From contig JBDKSP010000093.1 of the NCBI GenBank assembly GCA_039680575.1, forward strand, positions 1 to 53,268: DNA of 53,268 nucleotides. Reading direction: 5' to 3'. The notes beneath the pieces are model-generated. The model was not told the DNA's origin, did no database searches, and saw only the letters and a program-made list of their open reading frames with translations. Positions 18,033-28,034 of this stretch are shown here, one piece after another. Made by a program: the position numbers and the translations under genes. Numbering within the stretch: position 1 is the first letter of the stretch; each line of letters opens with the position of its first letter. This DNA is from Armatimonadota bacterium. Its GTDB lineage: Bacteria; Armatimonadota; UBA5829; DTLH01.

Positions 18033-19429
18033 ACGGCAAGAGGATCCTGATTGTCGATGACGAGGAAGGGATAAGGTCGGTCCTGACCGACCTGTTCGAA
18101 GGTCTCGGATGCCGCGTGAGTGTCGAGGAGAAGGGGACTGAGGGGCTGAAGCTGGCTCTTTCGGAAAAGCTCGACCTTGTCATACTCGATCTCAGCCTGC
18201 CGGGGTGCGACGGGCTGGAACTCCTCCGCACGCTCAAGGAGGCTAAACCCGACCTGCCGGTGATTATGATAACCGGTTATGCGTCGATGAAGAGCGCGCT
18301 CCAGGCCATGCGTCTCGGCGCTTATGACTATATAACCAAACCATTTGATCTAGACGACGTCCAGATGGCTGCTGAACGGGCGATAGAGCGGTACCACCTC
18401 ATCGACGAGAACAGATACCTCAGGAACGAGCTTAAAGAGAAGTACGGCTTCGATAATGTAATAGGTCTGAGCCCCGAAGCGCAGCAGGCATATGTCCTTG
18501 CGGCGAAAGTAGCCGACAGCAGCGCATCTGTACTGATCCTCGGCGAGACAGGGACGGGAAAAGAGTATCTCGCGCGTTCCGTTCACTATCAGAGCCCCAG
18601 AGCGAACGGTCCCTTTGTAAAAGTAAGCTGCGCGGCGCTTCCTGAGTCGCTTCTGGAAAGCGAACTCTTCGGCCATGAGAAGGGCGCGTTTACGGGCGCT
18701 GTCGCGAGAAGACTCGGCAGGTTCGAACTTGCACATGGCGGAACGCTTTTTCTTGATGAAATAGGAGATACGACCCCGGCTACCCAGGTCAAACTCCTCA
18801 GAGTCCTGCAGGAGAAGCAGTTCGAGCGGGTAGGTGGAAGCGAAACCCTCGCAGTGAATGTTCGGATCATCGCGGCTACCAACCGCAACCTGAAAGAAGC
18901 TATTGCAGAAAAAACATTCCGCGAGGACCTGTTCTACCGGCTGAACGTCGTGTCGATCACCCTGCCTCCGCTCAGAGAGCGGCAGGAAGATATTCCTGAG
19001 CTGGTAAAACACTTTGTCCATAAATATAACCTCGATACAGGCAAGAAAATAGATAACATTTCCCCCGAAGGGCTGTCGATGCTGCAGCGCTACCCCTGGC
19101 CAGGGAACATAAGGGAACTTGAGAATTGCATCGAGCGGGCAGTGATATTCTGTCAGGGAAGCAACATATTGCCGCAGCACCTGCTTATAGGTGACGGATC
19201 CAGCGCGGAAGCGCTTCCAGCCAAACCGGATGCTCTGTCCGGTGATGAGCTCAGGACCCTTCAGGAAGTGGAAAAAGAACACGTGACGAAAGTCCTGCGA
19301 TATTGCAATTACAATCAGACCAGGGCAGCACAGACTCTCGGAATCGACCGCAAGACACTCCGTAACAAAGTCAGGGAGTTCGGGCTTGGCCCGGAAATTG
19401 CTGCATCTTCCCCTGATCGTGGAACGTAA
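18029..19429 (+). CDS. NtrC/AtoC-type sigma54-dependent response regulator (bacterial enhancer-binding protein)
   Basis: Receiver, GETGTGKE, GAFTGA, LFLDEI, WPGNIRELEN, Fis-type HTH. Confidence 0.96.
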   Translation: MNGKRILIVDDEEGIRSVLTDLFEGLGCRVSVEEKGTEGLKLALSEKLDLVILDLSLPGCDGLELLRTLKEAKPDLPVIMITGYASMKSALQAMRLGAYDYITKPFDLDDVQMAAERAIERYHLIDENRYLRNELKEKYGFDNVIGLSPEAQQAYVLAAKVADSSASVLILGETGTGKEYLARSVHYQSPRANGPFVKVSCAALPESLLESELFGHEKGAFTGAVARRLGRFELAHGGTLFLDEIGDTTPATQVKLLRVLQEKQFERVGGSETLAVNVRIIAATNRNLKEAIAEKTFREDLFYRLNVVSITLPPLRERQEDIPELVKHFVHKYNLDTGKKIDNISPEGLSMLQRYPWPGNIRELENCIERAVIFCQGSNILPQHLLIGDGSSAEALPAKPDALSGDELRTLQEVEKEHVTKVLRYCNYNQTRAAQTLGIDRKTLRNKVREFGLGPEIAASSPDRGT

Positions 19430-19468
19430 ATTCCCCGATAATCTTACAAATCAGTTGGAGAGGTTGTT

Positions 19469-20239
19469 TTGAGCATCCGATCAATGCAGGATAATGTCGA
19501 TGTGGAGAGGCAGTCTTGCCGATCCTGTGATGGAGTTCGCGAGCAGGTAAACTCGGAAAAGCTAGAGGCTGCCGGCCGTCTGGCTGCGTGGCTTGCGCAT
19601 CAGATCAACAACCCGCTCGGCACGATATCCGGGAACGCGCAGCTTTTGTCGAGGCGTCTTGAGCGCGATATATCCGACCCGGAGACTCTTGCCGTTTACA
19701 TGCGGTATATCGAGACGATACGGAGCCAGATCGAAAGGTGCGCCCAGATTACGGGTGAGATGCTGGATTTTACCAGGCCGAGAGATGTGGAAATCGGGGA
19801 TGTCGATATTATTCAGGCTGTCAGAGATGCGTTCGAGCTGGCCTCTTTCGGTAAAAGCGAGTGCAGCATCAATATTATAGCGAATAACTCATCCTTGACC
19901 GTGCAGACGGACAAAGAGCTTATAGTCCGCGTGCTCTATGAAGTGCTGTCGAACGCCATTCGCGCCGCAGCGGATGACGGAACGGTAACTGTCGAGGTCG
20001 AGCAGCCGGAAGCCGCCGACATGGTTCGGATTATCGTCAGGGACTCCGGCACAGGGATCGCGGAGGATATGCTTCCGAGGATTTTTGAACCGTTTTTCTC
20101 GACAAGAGAGAAGTCCAGAGGGCTTGGCCTGACGAGGAGCCTCAAGTTTATGCGGCAGCTTGGAGGGAACATAGAAGTCCGCGAGACCGGACCTGGCGGG
20201 ACTACTATGGTCATCACGCTGCCTGCCGGGAGCGCGTAA
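19469..20239 (+). CDS. Histidine kinase without sensor domain
   Basis: LAHQINNPL H-box, SNA N-box, DSGTGI, FFST, RGLGL; only about 30 aa before the core. Confidence 0.88.
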   Translation: MSIRSMQDNVDVERQSCRSCDGVREQVNSEKLEAAGRLAAWLAHQINNPLGTISGNAQLLSRRLERDISDPETLAVYMRYIETIRSQIERCAQITGEMLDFTRPRDVEIGDVDIIQAVRDAFELASFGKSECSINIIANNSSLTVQTDKELIVRVLYEVLSNAIRAAADDGTVTVEVEQPEAADMVRIIVRDSGTGIAEDMLPRIFEPFFSTREKSRGLGLTRSLKFMRQLGGNIEVRETGPGGTTMVITLPAGSA

Positions 20240-20240
20240 A

Positions 20241-20609
20241 ATGGCCAGCAGGATTCTCGTCGTAGATGACGAAGCCGGACTCCGCGCGGTACTGCAGGAT
20301 ATTCTGGAACTCGAAGGCTATGATGTCGCGGCCTGCTCGGATGTTTCGACCGCCGAGCAGTTGGCATCGGAGAATGATTTCGATGCAGCGCTCCTCGATG
20401 TGTTTTTGACTGACGAGCCGGTCGGGATCGCTCTGGCGAAGCAGATTGGGTCGGTATCTCCGAAGACAAAGGTTATTCTGATGACCGGTTACGCGGAGGA
20501 GTCCGATATCGCAAGTGGTTATGAATCCGGGGTTTCGGCGTGTATCAGAAAGCCGTTTATTCTGGATGATGTAATAAGGTCCATCGAACTGGCACTGGAC
20601 GCTTCTTAA
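20241..20609 (+). CDS. Single-domain response regulator
   Basis: VVDDE, LLD phospho-acceptor, MTG, RKPF. Confidence 0.92.
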   Translation: MASRILVVDDEAGLRAVLQDILELEGYDVAACSDVSTAEQLASENDFDAALLDVFLTDEPVGIALAKQIGSVSPKTKVILMTGYAEESDIASGYESGVSACIRKPFILDDVIRSIELALDAS

Positions 20610-20632
20610 AGATGGTGAGGTTGTAATTCACT

Positions 20633-22045
20633 TTGGCAATCGGCGCTGGTTTTTCGCAAAAACAGTCTGGTGTGATGGCTCCGGAGCATTTTATGGGCAA
20701 AGCGGTGCTCAAGATGAGCCTGCAGGAACTGCAGGAGTTCGTCCAGTCGGAGATTTCGGAGAATCCCGCCCTCGCACTGCAGGAGGAGCGCTCGTGTCCT
20801 GTATGCGGCGCTGTTCTTCTGGGTGATATATGCGGCACATGCGGCGCTAAAGTGGTGAGCGAAGACGACATAAGCACCGATCAGAAAGATGACTGGTCTG
20901 AGGATCCGTGGACTGCCTCGGGAGCGTCGGACGATTCCTATTATGAACCATTTGCCCAGGTCGCAAACCCGAGCTCGCTGGAAGACCATCTGAAAGAGCA
21001 GGTCCACACTCACCTGAGTTCGGAAGATATTCCCATCGCTGAGTTCATCATAGACTGTTTGGATGAAGACGGTTACTTGAGAGAGCCGCTCTTCGACATC
21101 GCAAGCCGGTTCCACCTCAGCGTGCCTCAATTGGAGCAGGTGCTGGATCAGGTGCAGAAGCTCGACCCTCCGGGGATCGCAGCGCGGAGCCTCCAGGAAT
21201 GCCTGCTTATCCAGTTAACACAGCTCGAAGACCATTCCGAAAACAGCCTGAATGCCGCGAAGATCGTATCCGACTGTTGGGAGAGTATTTCCCGAATGAA
21301 ACTCGATGATGTGGCGCGGCAGCTTGAGATTTCGCGGGAATCGGTCATATCCGCACTGAGGTTCGTTCGAGAAGCGTTGAATCCTCATCCAGCAAATGTC
21401 TTCAGAGACCCCTGGCAGAACATGACGCCGAGAAGAGAAGCGAAACTCGCACCTGATGTGGTCATCAGGGACTCCGAAACCGGCCTGGCAGCGGAAGTGC
21501 TCGACCCGGTATCGAACAGGGTGTCGGTTGACGAGCTTTATAAGAGTCTCTACACCGAAATGTCTCAGAAAAAGAATGGTTTTTCCGATTCCGACCGGGA
21601 GCGTGTCAAGGAGAGCGTGCAGAACGCGAAATTCCTGATCGATGCGCTGGAGTTTCGCAAGACCACGCTCGGAACGGTCGCTGAGGAGCTTCTCAAATGC
21701 CAGATTGAGTTCTTTAAGCACGGTCCGGCTCATCTCAAGCCTTTGACAAGGAAACAGCTTGCCCAGCAGATCGGGCTTCATGAGTCAACAGTCTGCAGGG
21801 CGACGGATAGCAAGTCCATCCAGCTCCCGACCGGCGAAGTCATTCCGTTCGACCTCGTTTTCGACTCCGCTCTGCCGATAAAAGAGCTTGTGAGGAAGCT
21901 GTCGCAGGAAAAATTGAATGGCCGTCCCCTTAGCGACGGGCAGATAGCCGAGCGCTTAACGTCTCAGGGAATCAAGATCGCCAGACGCACCGTCGCAAAA
22001 TACCGTGACGAACTCCGCGTCCTCCCAGCCGATTACAGGCTTTAG
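20633..22045 (+). CDS. rpoN: RNA polymerase sigma-54 factor
   Basis: ENPAL, LDEDGYL, LDPPGIAARSLQECL, LHESTVCR, RpoN box ARRTVAKYR. Confidence 0.96.
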   Translation: MAIGAGFSQKQSGVMAPEHFMGKAVLKMSLQELQEFVQSEISENPALALQEERSCPVCGAVLLGDICGTCGAKVVSEDDISTDQKDDWSEDPWTASGASDDSYYEPFAQVANPSSLEDHLKEQVHTHLSSEDIPIAEFIIDCLDEDGYLREPLFDIASRFHLSVPQLEQVLDQVQKLDPPGIAARSLQECLLIQLTQLEDHSENSLNAAKIVSDCWESISRMKLDDVARQLEISRESVISALRFVREALNPHPANVFRDPWQNMTPRREAKLAPDVVIRDSETGLAAEVLDPVSNRVSVDELYKSLYTEMSQKKNGFSDSDRERVKESVQNAKFLIDALEFRKTTLGTVAEELLKCQIEFFKHGPAHLKPLTRKQLAQQIGLHESTVCRATDSKSIQLPTGEVIPFDLVFDSALPIKELVRKLSQEKLNGRPLSDGQIAERLTSQGIKIARRTVAKYRDELRVLPADYRL

Positions 22046-22080
22046 AAAACAGGTGGCAGGGAACAGATTTTCCGTTTGAG

Positions 22081-22110
22081 TGCTTCGGCGCAAAAATCGC
22101 GCCGAAGCAT
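22081..22110. repeat. GCTTCGG/CCGAAGC REP-like hairpin family, copy C (A-rich loop, opposite orientation by loop sequence)
   Basis: TGCTTCGGCGCAAAAATCGCGCCGAAGCAT. Confidence 0.8.
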
Positions 22111-22132
22111 AGAAGCATAGAATAGGGCTAAG

Positions 22133-23458
22133 TTGATGTCTTTAAGTCATCCTCCGCATTCGGATGAGCAGAGTTTTGTTGAGAAATATTTCTTGCGCAA
22201 TTTTATGCTTTATCTTGGTATTGCCTCGGTTTGTGCATATGCCTGTGCTTTCTCGGATATGCTAATACTTGTGCCGAACCTTGCCATGAAACTGCATGCG
22301 CCGTCTTGGCTTGCTGTGTTGCCGGGGGTCGCAATAACCAGCATCGCTTATATTCCGGTTGTATTTATGGGATGGCTGATGCGGCCGGGCATTCCCAGAA
22401 AACCCGTATATACGCTCACTTGTTTTCCTGTTTATGGATCTTTGCTGCTATTGGGTGTGGCACTTATGTTTCCAATGCAGCGTTCGGCTATGCTGATTAT
22501 TTTGCTTGTAAGTATTGTGCTTTACGGGTTTGCTATGGGGTTAACGCTTATCCCGAACTGGGACCTGTTTTCGAAGATGTTTCCAGCCGATAAGCGAGCT
22601 AAGGTTACCGGTAATGTCGGTGCTACGATGCAGTTTTTTGGGGTCTTCGGAGCGATGGGCGCAGCTTGGTTGATTAGCAGCAAATCTCCGCTTCCTTATC
22701 CAAAGAATTACGGGCTAGGATTGATAATAAGCGCAGCGGGTGGGGCTTTCGCGATTTTGTGCCTGATTATGCAGAAAGAATACCGTTATAGCTATGTAGA
22801 ACCCAGGGTGAGTTTTGGCGAGTATTGGAAAAGGCTTTGCGGGATATTAAGGGAAGATAAGCCATTTCGCCAGTCACTTCTAAGCGGTGCTTTGGCTGCG
22901 ACAATAGTGTCTATATCATCCCTGATGCTCTTGTATGCCAAGAACTCCCGGGGGTTTCAAGAGAATCACGTTTCTCTTTTGATTGCTGTCCGGCCCTGGT
23001 TTGGCGTGCCTGCTAGTATTATCTTTGGGTATCTTGCTTCCAGGATAGGCGTGGGGCGAGTATGTGCAATTATTGCACTGATTGCATTTTTTGGAGTGTT
23101 CATATCTCCCTTTGTATTTGGTGTATGGCAGATTGCTCCGATGATACTCGTGAGTCTTGGCGGACTGATAGCGGGCTATGTTTTAGTGGCGATTATGGAG
23201 CATGCCGCACCAGGAAAAGTTCAGGATTATCTTACAATCTATTACATGGTTATACTAATTCCAGGCTTTACACCGATCTTGCTTGCAAGAGTAATGGCCA
23301 TATCTCCGATGCTGGTTCTTGGGATACTTATGCTGCTTGCGCTGAGCTGTGCGGCAGTTTTTCTTTGTTCAGGCAGCCGTAATGCTAATCGCTTTGATGA
23401 AATATCAGAAGCATCCTCGGAGGAAATGAAAGCCATTTCGCGGAACAGTGTTTCGTGA
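22133..23458 (+). CDS. MFS transporter
   Basis: About 12 hydrophobic segments; FPADKRAKVTG and GYLASRIGVGR loop motifs. Confidence 0.8.
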   Translation: MMSLSHPPHSDEQSFVEKYFLRNFMLYLGIASVCAYACAFSDMLILVPNLAMKLHAPSWLAVLPGVAITSIAYIPVVFMGWLMRPGIPRKPVYTLTCFPVYGSLLLLGVALMFPMQRSAMLIILLVSIVLYGFAMGLTLIPNWDLFSKMFPADKRAKVTGNVGATMQFFGVFGAMGAAWLISSKSPLPYPKNYGLGLIISAAGGAFAILCLIMQKEYRYSYVEPRVSFGEYWKRLCGILREDKPFRQSLLSGALAATIVSISSLMLLYAKNSRGFQENHVSLLIAVRPWFGVPASIIFGYLASRIGVGRVCAIIALIAFFGVFISPFVFGVWQIAPMILVSLGGLIAGYVLVAIMEHAAPGKVQDYLTIYYMVILIPGFTPILLARVMAISPMLVLGILMLLALSCAAVFLCSGSRNANRFDEISEASSEEMKAISRNSVS

Positions 23459-23535
23459 GGTGAATATTCAGTGATGATGAAAAGTGGTCGGATATACAAG
23501 AGTTTTCTTACTTTGTTTTTAGTATCTTCATTTGT

Positions 23536-25416
23536 ATGTATACGGGGGGCAGTCTAATGGCTGATGGACAAGCAAATAATCCACTTAAACGTGCACCGCA
23601 AGTTCAAGTAGTCGATAAAGATAAATTATCGCAGGTGGAGCTTTTATGCACTCCTGAAGTGAGAACGCTGCTCGGCTACACCCGGCGGATACTGCATTTG
23701 CAAGACAATCATACTCTCGCAGTTTTTTCATACAGTGGATCTACTGATGCTAACTGGCTCTTTTTGATAGATAGCCGGGATTTATCATTCAAGCGATTCA
23801 ATATTCCCAACAACGATATCGCCTCCCATGCTGCCGCGCTTGGTTCTGATGGAAACATCTACATAATGCCGTATCACACAAACCGTGCTTATAAATTTGA
23901 TACCAAAGCAAAATCTTTTAAACAGATCAGCGTGGAAGTGCCTGAAGGAGAATATACCTGGGAAGCTTTCGGAGCATCCAACGGCTGTATATACTTCGGC
24001 ACATACCCGAATGCCTGCTTTGGCGAATATGATACTAAAACAGGCAAAACTACTCTGTGGAAACAGGTTGCTCCTAATACAAAATACGTGACAACCTTTA
24101 GCGAAGATGATAAGGGAATGATCCATTTTTACCCATGGGGCCCTGGTGACGTATGGATGGTATTTGACCCCAAAAGCCGCAAAGTAGATCAGGCATCAGC
24201 CCCTGCAAGTGATCCAACCGCTAAATTACCCGCTCCACCCACTGGTGATCAGAGCATTCTGCGGCAAGTGAGTGTTAATGGAAAACGGTTTGCTGTCAGC
24301 TTCCCGAGCAGCCGATTTTGGGAGATACGTGACGAGAAGCTCGTCCTGTGTGGCGACCCTAAGGGACCGGCTGAATCTTGGTTTCTAGAGGCTGTTCCCG
24401 GCGGGGTAGTGGGAATCAGCCATTATGGTGTTACCTTTAAGTATGATCTGAAAAGTGAAAAAATGATCAGTAAACGGCTTCAGAATATGGCGCCGGGCGG
24501 CAATTTGCTGATGTTCATAGAAGCGATTTCACCAGAATGTGTAATCGGAGCAAATTACAGCCAGCAGAATCTTTTTAACCTCAATCCAAAAACGAAAAAG
24601 ATCGAATATGCGGAGAGCATGATTGCGCGCACTACCGGTGAACCGACGTGCGTTGTTGGTTTCAATGGCAAAGCTTATATAGGAATTTACACCAGTTCGC
24701 TCATCTCTATCTATGATCCTCATCAGCCATTTACATTCGGTAATAATCCGCAAGAGATTGTCGAGCTAGGTCCACGTTATAAGCAGACCAGGCCCAGTGG
24801 TGCTGCAACTGACGGTAAGTTTGTCTATATAAGCTCAGAAAGCGCATATAACAACCTGGGTGGTGTGCTGGCAGTTATCGACCCGCAGACAAATCATGTG
24901 GATGTGTATCCTCATATAGTGAAAGACCAGGACCTTTCATCGCTTGCTTATGATCCGGTAACGAAGCTCATTTGGGGTAGCACGAACCGGTGGGGACAGC
25001 AGCGAAGTCATCCTCCTACGCAAGAAAGCTCAATTATTTACGCGTTCGATCCTGAAACGAGAAAAGTAGTATCAACGATGACACTTTGGGCTGGTTCAGA
25101 TTTGACTTACGTATCGGGTGTGTCTCGCAATGGAGTTTTGGTGGCGGGATCAGGAGAGGAAATTGCGCTTGTCGACACAGCGAAACGTGAAGTGCTTTAT
25201 AAAGGAGTTTCGCCTGTTGGTGTTCCGAGCCAAGTGCGACTTGGAAACGATGGTTTCTGTTACTTCCTTGCTGATGGAAAGCTTTACAGGTGGGACTTGG
25301 TTGAGAACAAGCTGACCCTTGTTGCAAATACCCCAGGGTGCAGGTTACTGAGCGAGTGTTCTCCCGGGATCTGGATAACAGCAAATGACACGTCTATTTA
25401 CAAGATAAAGTTATAA
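23536..25416 (+). CDS. Hypothetical double beta-propeller protein
   Basis: Repeated SDGNIY, NGCIYFGTYP, AYDP blades; no obvious signal peptide. Confidence 0.7.
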   Translation: MYTGGSLMADGQANNPLKRAPQVQVVDKDKLSQVELLCTPEVRTLLGYTRRILHLQDNHTLAVFSYSGSTDANWLFLIDSRDLSFKRFNIPNNDIASHAAALGSDGNIYIMPYHTNRAYKFDTKAKSFKQISVEVPEGEYTWEAFGASNGCIYFGTYPNACFGEYDTKTGKTTLWKQVAPNTKYVTTFSEDDKGMIHFYPWGPGDVWMVFDPKSRKVDQASAPASDPTAKLPAPPTGDQSILRQVSVNGKRFAVSFPSSRFWEIRDEKLVLCGDPKGPAESWFLEAVPGGVVGISHYGVTFKYDLKSEKMISKRLQNMAPGGNLLMFIEAISPECVIGANYSQQNLFNLNPKTKKIEYAESMIARTTGEPTCVVGFNGKAYIGIYTSSLISIYDPHQPFTFGNNPQEIVELGPRYKQTRPSGAATDGKFVYISSESAYNNLGGVLAVIDPQTNHVDVYPHIVKDQDLSSLAYDPVTKLIWGSTNRWGQQRSHPPTQESSIIYAFDPETRKVVSTMTLWAGSDLTYVSGVSRNGVLVAGSGEEIALVDTAKREVLYKGVSPVGVPSQVRLGNDGFCYFLADGKLYRWDLVENKLTLVANTPGCRLLSECSPGIWITANDTSIYKIKL

Positions 25417-25424
25417 CTGCTTTT

Positions 25425-25488
25425 TTGGTATGCTTCGGCGCGTTTTTTTGCGCCGAAGCTAATCTATCGGATATGCAGCATTGACATC
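25425..25488. repeat. GCTTCGG/CCGAAGC REP-like hairpin family, copy D
   Basis: TTGGTATGCTTCGGCGCGTTTTTTTGCGCCGAAGCTAATCTATCGGATATGCAGCATTGACATC; 44 nt identical to copy A. Confidence 0.85.
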
Positions 25489-25547
25489 CCGCAAGGGGAG
25501 AAGGGGTATTGTGCAAATCCAGCCAAACCGAAACGCAAATACACAAG

Positions 25548-27731
25548 TTAGGCCATATGTACGTCCGAAATGCCTCCAGCCGGGACGAAAACCTCGCTGC
25601 AGTGAAGCAGAGAATACTGACCGAGGGGTCCACTTAATGCCGTGCTGTCTTCGGTATGCAATTTGATCCTGGCGTCGAAGTTAGTAGGATTATACACCGT
25701 CAGCTTCAGCTCTGAACCGAAATTTTCAACATTTCTGACTTCCACATTGTCAAAAACCCACGTCTTCCCCGTATCGCGCCGGATGTATATGCCGGGGACT
25801 TCGGAATAAGTGAGCATGAGTGACACCTCACACCAGCATGAGCCGTCGAATATGCCGCCGATATTCTTCTCCCAATCGCACATATTGACTCGTTCGTTCA
25901 TCCAACCGGAAGGCATATTTCCAACCGGCCTGTCCGCGCGAGAAAGATACTGGGTGAGGCCATGCGCGATGTCCATCAAAAGATCAAGGTAGAAAGTATT
26001 GCCTGTTACCCGATAGAGTTTGAACAGTGAATCGCCGGAAAGAGTGCAAATTCCAGGTGCGGAATGCTTGTTCTGGACGTTTGCCCACACGCTTCCGGTA
26101 GCCCGCATGTCCAGCTTGCCGAAGAGGCTCTCCGGCGGAAACTCGTAATCATACGATACGCACCATGAGGCACACTGGTTGGCTGCATCTTCTGCCCTGT
26201 CTATCCAAATCCTATCATGTGTTACTTCGTAGAGGACGATAAACGACTCGAGAAGCCCGAAAGCGGACTCGCTGTCCGGGCACTGCAGTATTTCACCAGG
26301 CCCGCCTGTTGTAATTCCCGCCTGGGTGTCTCTGTTGTAGAACAGCTCTGCCGATTTGACGGCAATATCGAGATATTTGGGCTCGTCGAAGTATTTTGCG
26401 GCAAGAGCAAGCCCCGCAGGGGCAGTCGAAGCGCTTGTCGATCCGCCTATCAGTATGTCTCCTGTTTCAACATCGATAAATTGCCCGAACTGCCCGTACC
26501 TTTCCCAGAGTCTCACAAAGGCATCCGCAAGATTTCTGGTTGCCTGCAGCCAATCCTGAGAAATATCATCATGCCTGCCCATCGCGTCAAGCAGGATAAA
26601 CTGTTTTAACGCAAAATACAGCATATCGGAGTCTTTTCTTATCAAAAGCATGTTGTTGGGATGGATAACGCTGAACCCATCTCCAAAAAAACTTTCGCCG
26701 TCGCCTATACCGTAAAGAAACCCTGACGAGGCGGTAGTTTTCGTGAAAATGAAGCTCAGATTGCGTAATGCGCGTTTTTGGGACAGATCACTCCCATCGG
26801 AGAGCAGCGGAGCAGTCGCCATTCCTCCGCCTACCCAACCGAGCTGCCACTTGTTGGTTGCTCCTTCACCGACACCGACGCAGTAGAAACCGTGTTTCTC
26901 CTCCCAGTTGTCGCGGTTATACTTTTCTTCGAGAAGGTCCCATGCGGCAGAGAATGGAAGCTCATGTTTTAGCTGGGAATGCTTGTTGAAGTCCTTGCGA
27001 AGCTCTATAAAACGGTCAAAAAGGGTAGGTATGTCGGCGCAGGCAAAGGTATAGACCTTGCAGCGAAGAGTTACTTCGTCTCCGGTATTGAAATCGGATC
27101 CCTTGTCCGTTGATGGCATCTGGAGCTGCGCTATAGAGTAACACACGCCTTCCCGCATTCCGGGAGCCATCAGGGTAAGAGTCGAATGCGCGCGGTCATC
27201 GCTCTCCTCGAAGTCGAATCCTGAGTCACCGAGCCTTGTTCCCTGCTCTGTGGTAATCCATAACCCCTGTTTTGTATCAGCAAAGAATGCTCCGAATGCC
27301 GGGGTTGAGAGGTCCCTGGTCATAAGCTGGATGCGTGACTCGCCGTCTCCGATATTAAGGCGGGGAACATCGGTGATAATGGTGGGTTTGTCCACTCCCC
27401 AATCGGCAGGGTCCGTAAGCAGCGGCGGATAGGGGATGGGGCGGGACTCGAACCTATTACCGGCATAAACCGCGGCGGGCATGCAAACATAGTTGGAAAG
27501 AGACCAGTCAGGAAAGTCGAATTTCAGGCCGACCGCGCAATCCTGCGCATTACCATCGATGAGCTTGAAGGTTACTGTCAGGTCGACCTCGTCCGGTCTG
27601 CCGTCAACAGGAGATGATTCTATATAGGCTGTCCAGTTTTCGGTTTCATGAACAGTTTTTTTGTCTATGAGGCGTGAATCGCTATAATACCGCACTACAG
27701 GTTTAAAATTTATCGACATAGCTCTAATCAT
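25548..27731 (-). CDS. Hypothetical six-hairpin (alpha/alpha)6 glycosidase-like protein
   Basis: N-terminal beta region then helical repeats (LYEVTHDRIWID, LYRVTGNTFYLD), WQLGWVGG, DSES. Confidence 0.6.
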   Translation of the reverse strand: MIRAMSINFKPVVRYYSDSRLIDKKTVHETENWTAYIESSPVDGRPDEVDLTVTFKLIDGNAQDCAVGLKFDFPDWSLSNYVCMPAAVYAGNRFESRPIPYPPLLTDPADWGVDKPTIITDVPRLNIGDGESRIQLMTRDLSTPAFGAFFADTKQGLWITTEQGTRLGDSGFDFEESDDRAHSTLTLMAPGMREGVCYSIAQLQMPSTDKGSDFNTGDEVTLRCKVYTFACADIPTLFDRFIELRKDFNKHSQLKHELPFSAAWDLLEEKYNRDNWEEKHGFYCVGVGEGATNKWQLGWVGGGMATAPLLSDGSDLSQKRALRNLSFIFTKTTASSGFLYGIGDGESFFGDGFSVIHPNNMLLIRKDSDMLYFALKQFILLDAMGRHDDISQDWLQATRNLADAFVRLWERYGQFGQFIDVETGDILIGGSTSASTAPAGLALAAKYFDEPKYLDIAVKSAELFYNRDTQAGITTGGPGEILQCPDSESAFGLLESFIVLYEVTHDRIWIDRAEDAANQCASWCVSYDYEFPPESLFGKLDMRATGSVWANVQNKHSAPGICTLSGDSLFKLYRVTGNTFYLDLLMDIAHGLTQYLSRADRPVGNMPSGWMNERVNMCDWEKNIGGIFDGSCWCEVSLMLTYSEVPGIYIRRDTGKTWVFDNVEVRNVENFGSELKLTVYNPTNFDARIKLHTEDSTALSGPLGQYSLLHCSEVFVPAGGISDVHMA

Positions 27732-27821
27732 ATCTTCCAGATCATATTTATTGTACCTGTCAGGCAGGCCAGCCTATATTACCATGGTAAACCGGACTGC
27801 TGCCATCTTACTGTGAATGAA

Positions 27822-28004
27822 GTAAGAGTTCACTCTTGCAAGAATGATATATCACCCTGAACAACCAGCCCATCATCATGGATGGAAGCACGTCACCCTT
27901 GAACTTGATTCAGGGTCCATTTTCTTCCTGGATGCTGAGTCAAGCTCAGCATGACGTTGTGATAATTCAGCATGGTGTTGTACTCATCAACTCTGAACTC
28001 TTAC
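27822..28004. mobile_element. MITE, 183 bp, 11-bp terminal inverted repeats, 9-bp target-site duplication
   Basis: GTAAGAGTTCA (27822-27832) and TGAACTCTTAC (27994-28004); GTGAATGAA at 27813-27821 and 28005-28013. Confidence 0.88.
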
Positions 28005-28018
28005 GTGAATGAATCCCC

Positions 28019-28034
28019 TGGCACACGAATTGCT
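28019..28034 (+). promoter_or_regulatory. Sigma54 -24/-12 promoter of the flgB operon
   Basis: TGGCAC-ACGAA-TTGCT, exact GG-N10-GC spacing, 40 nt before flgB. Confidence 0.9.

Noticed and set aside
18350..19282. Long antisense ORFs (also 7124-7975, 11832-12674, 39417-40187, 48522-49256)
   Set aside because: Shadow frames of well-conserved genes, with no recognisable motifs
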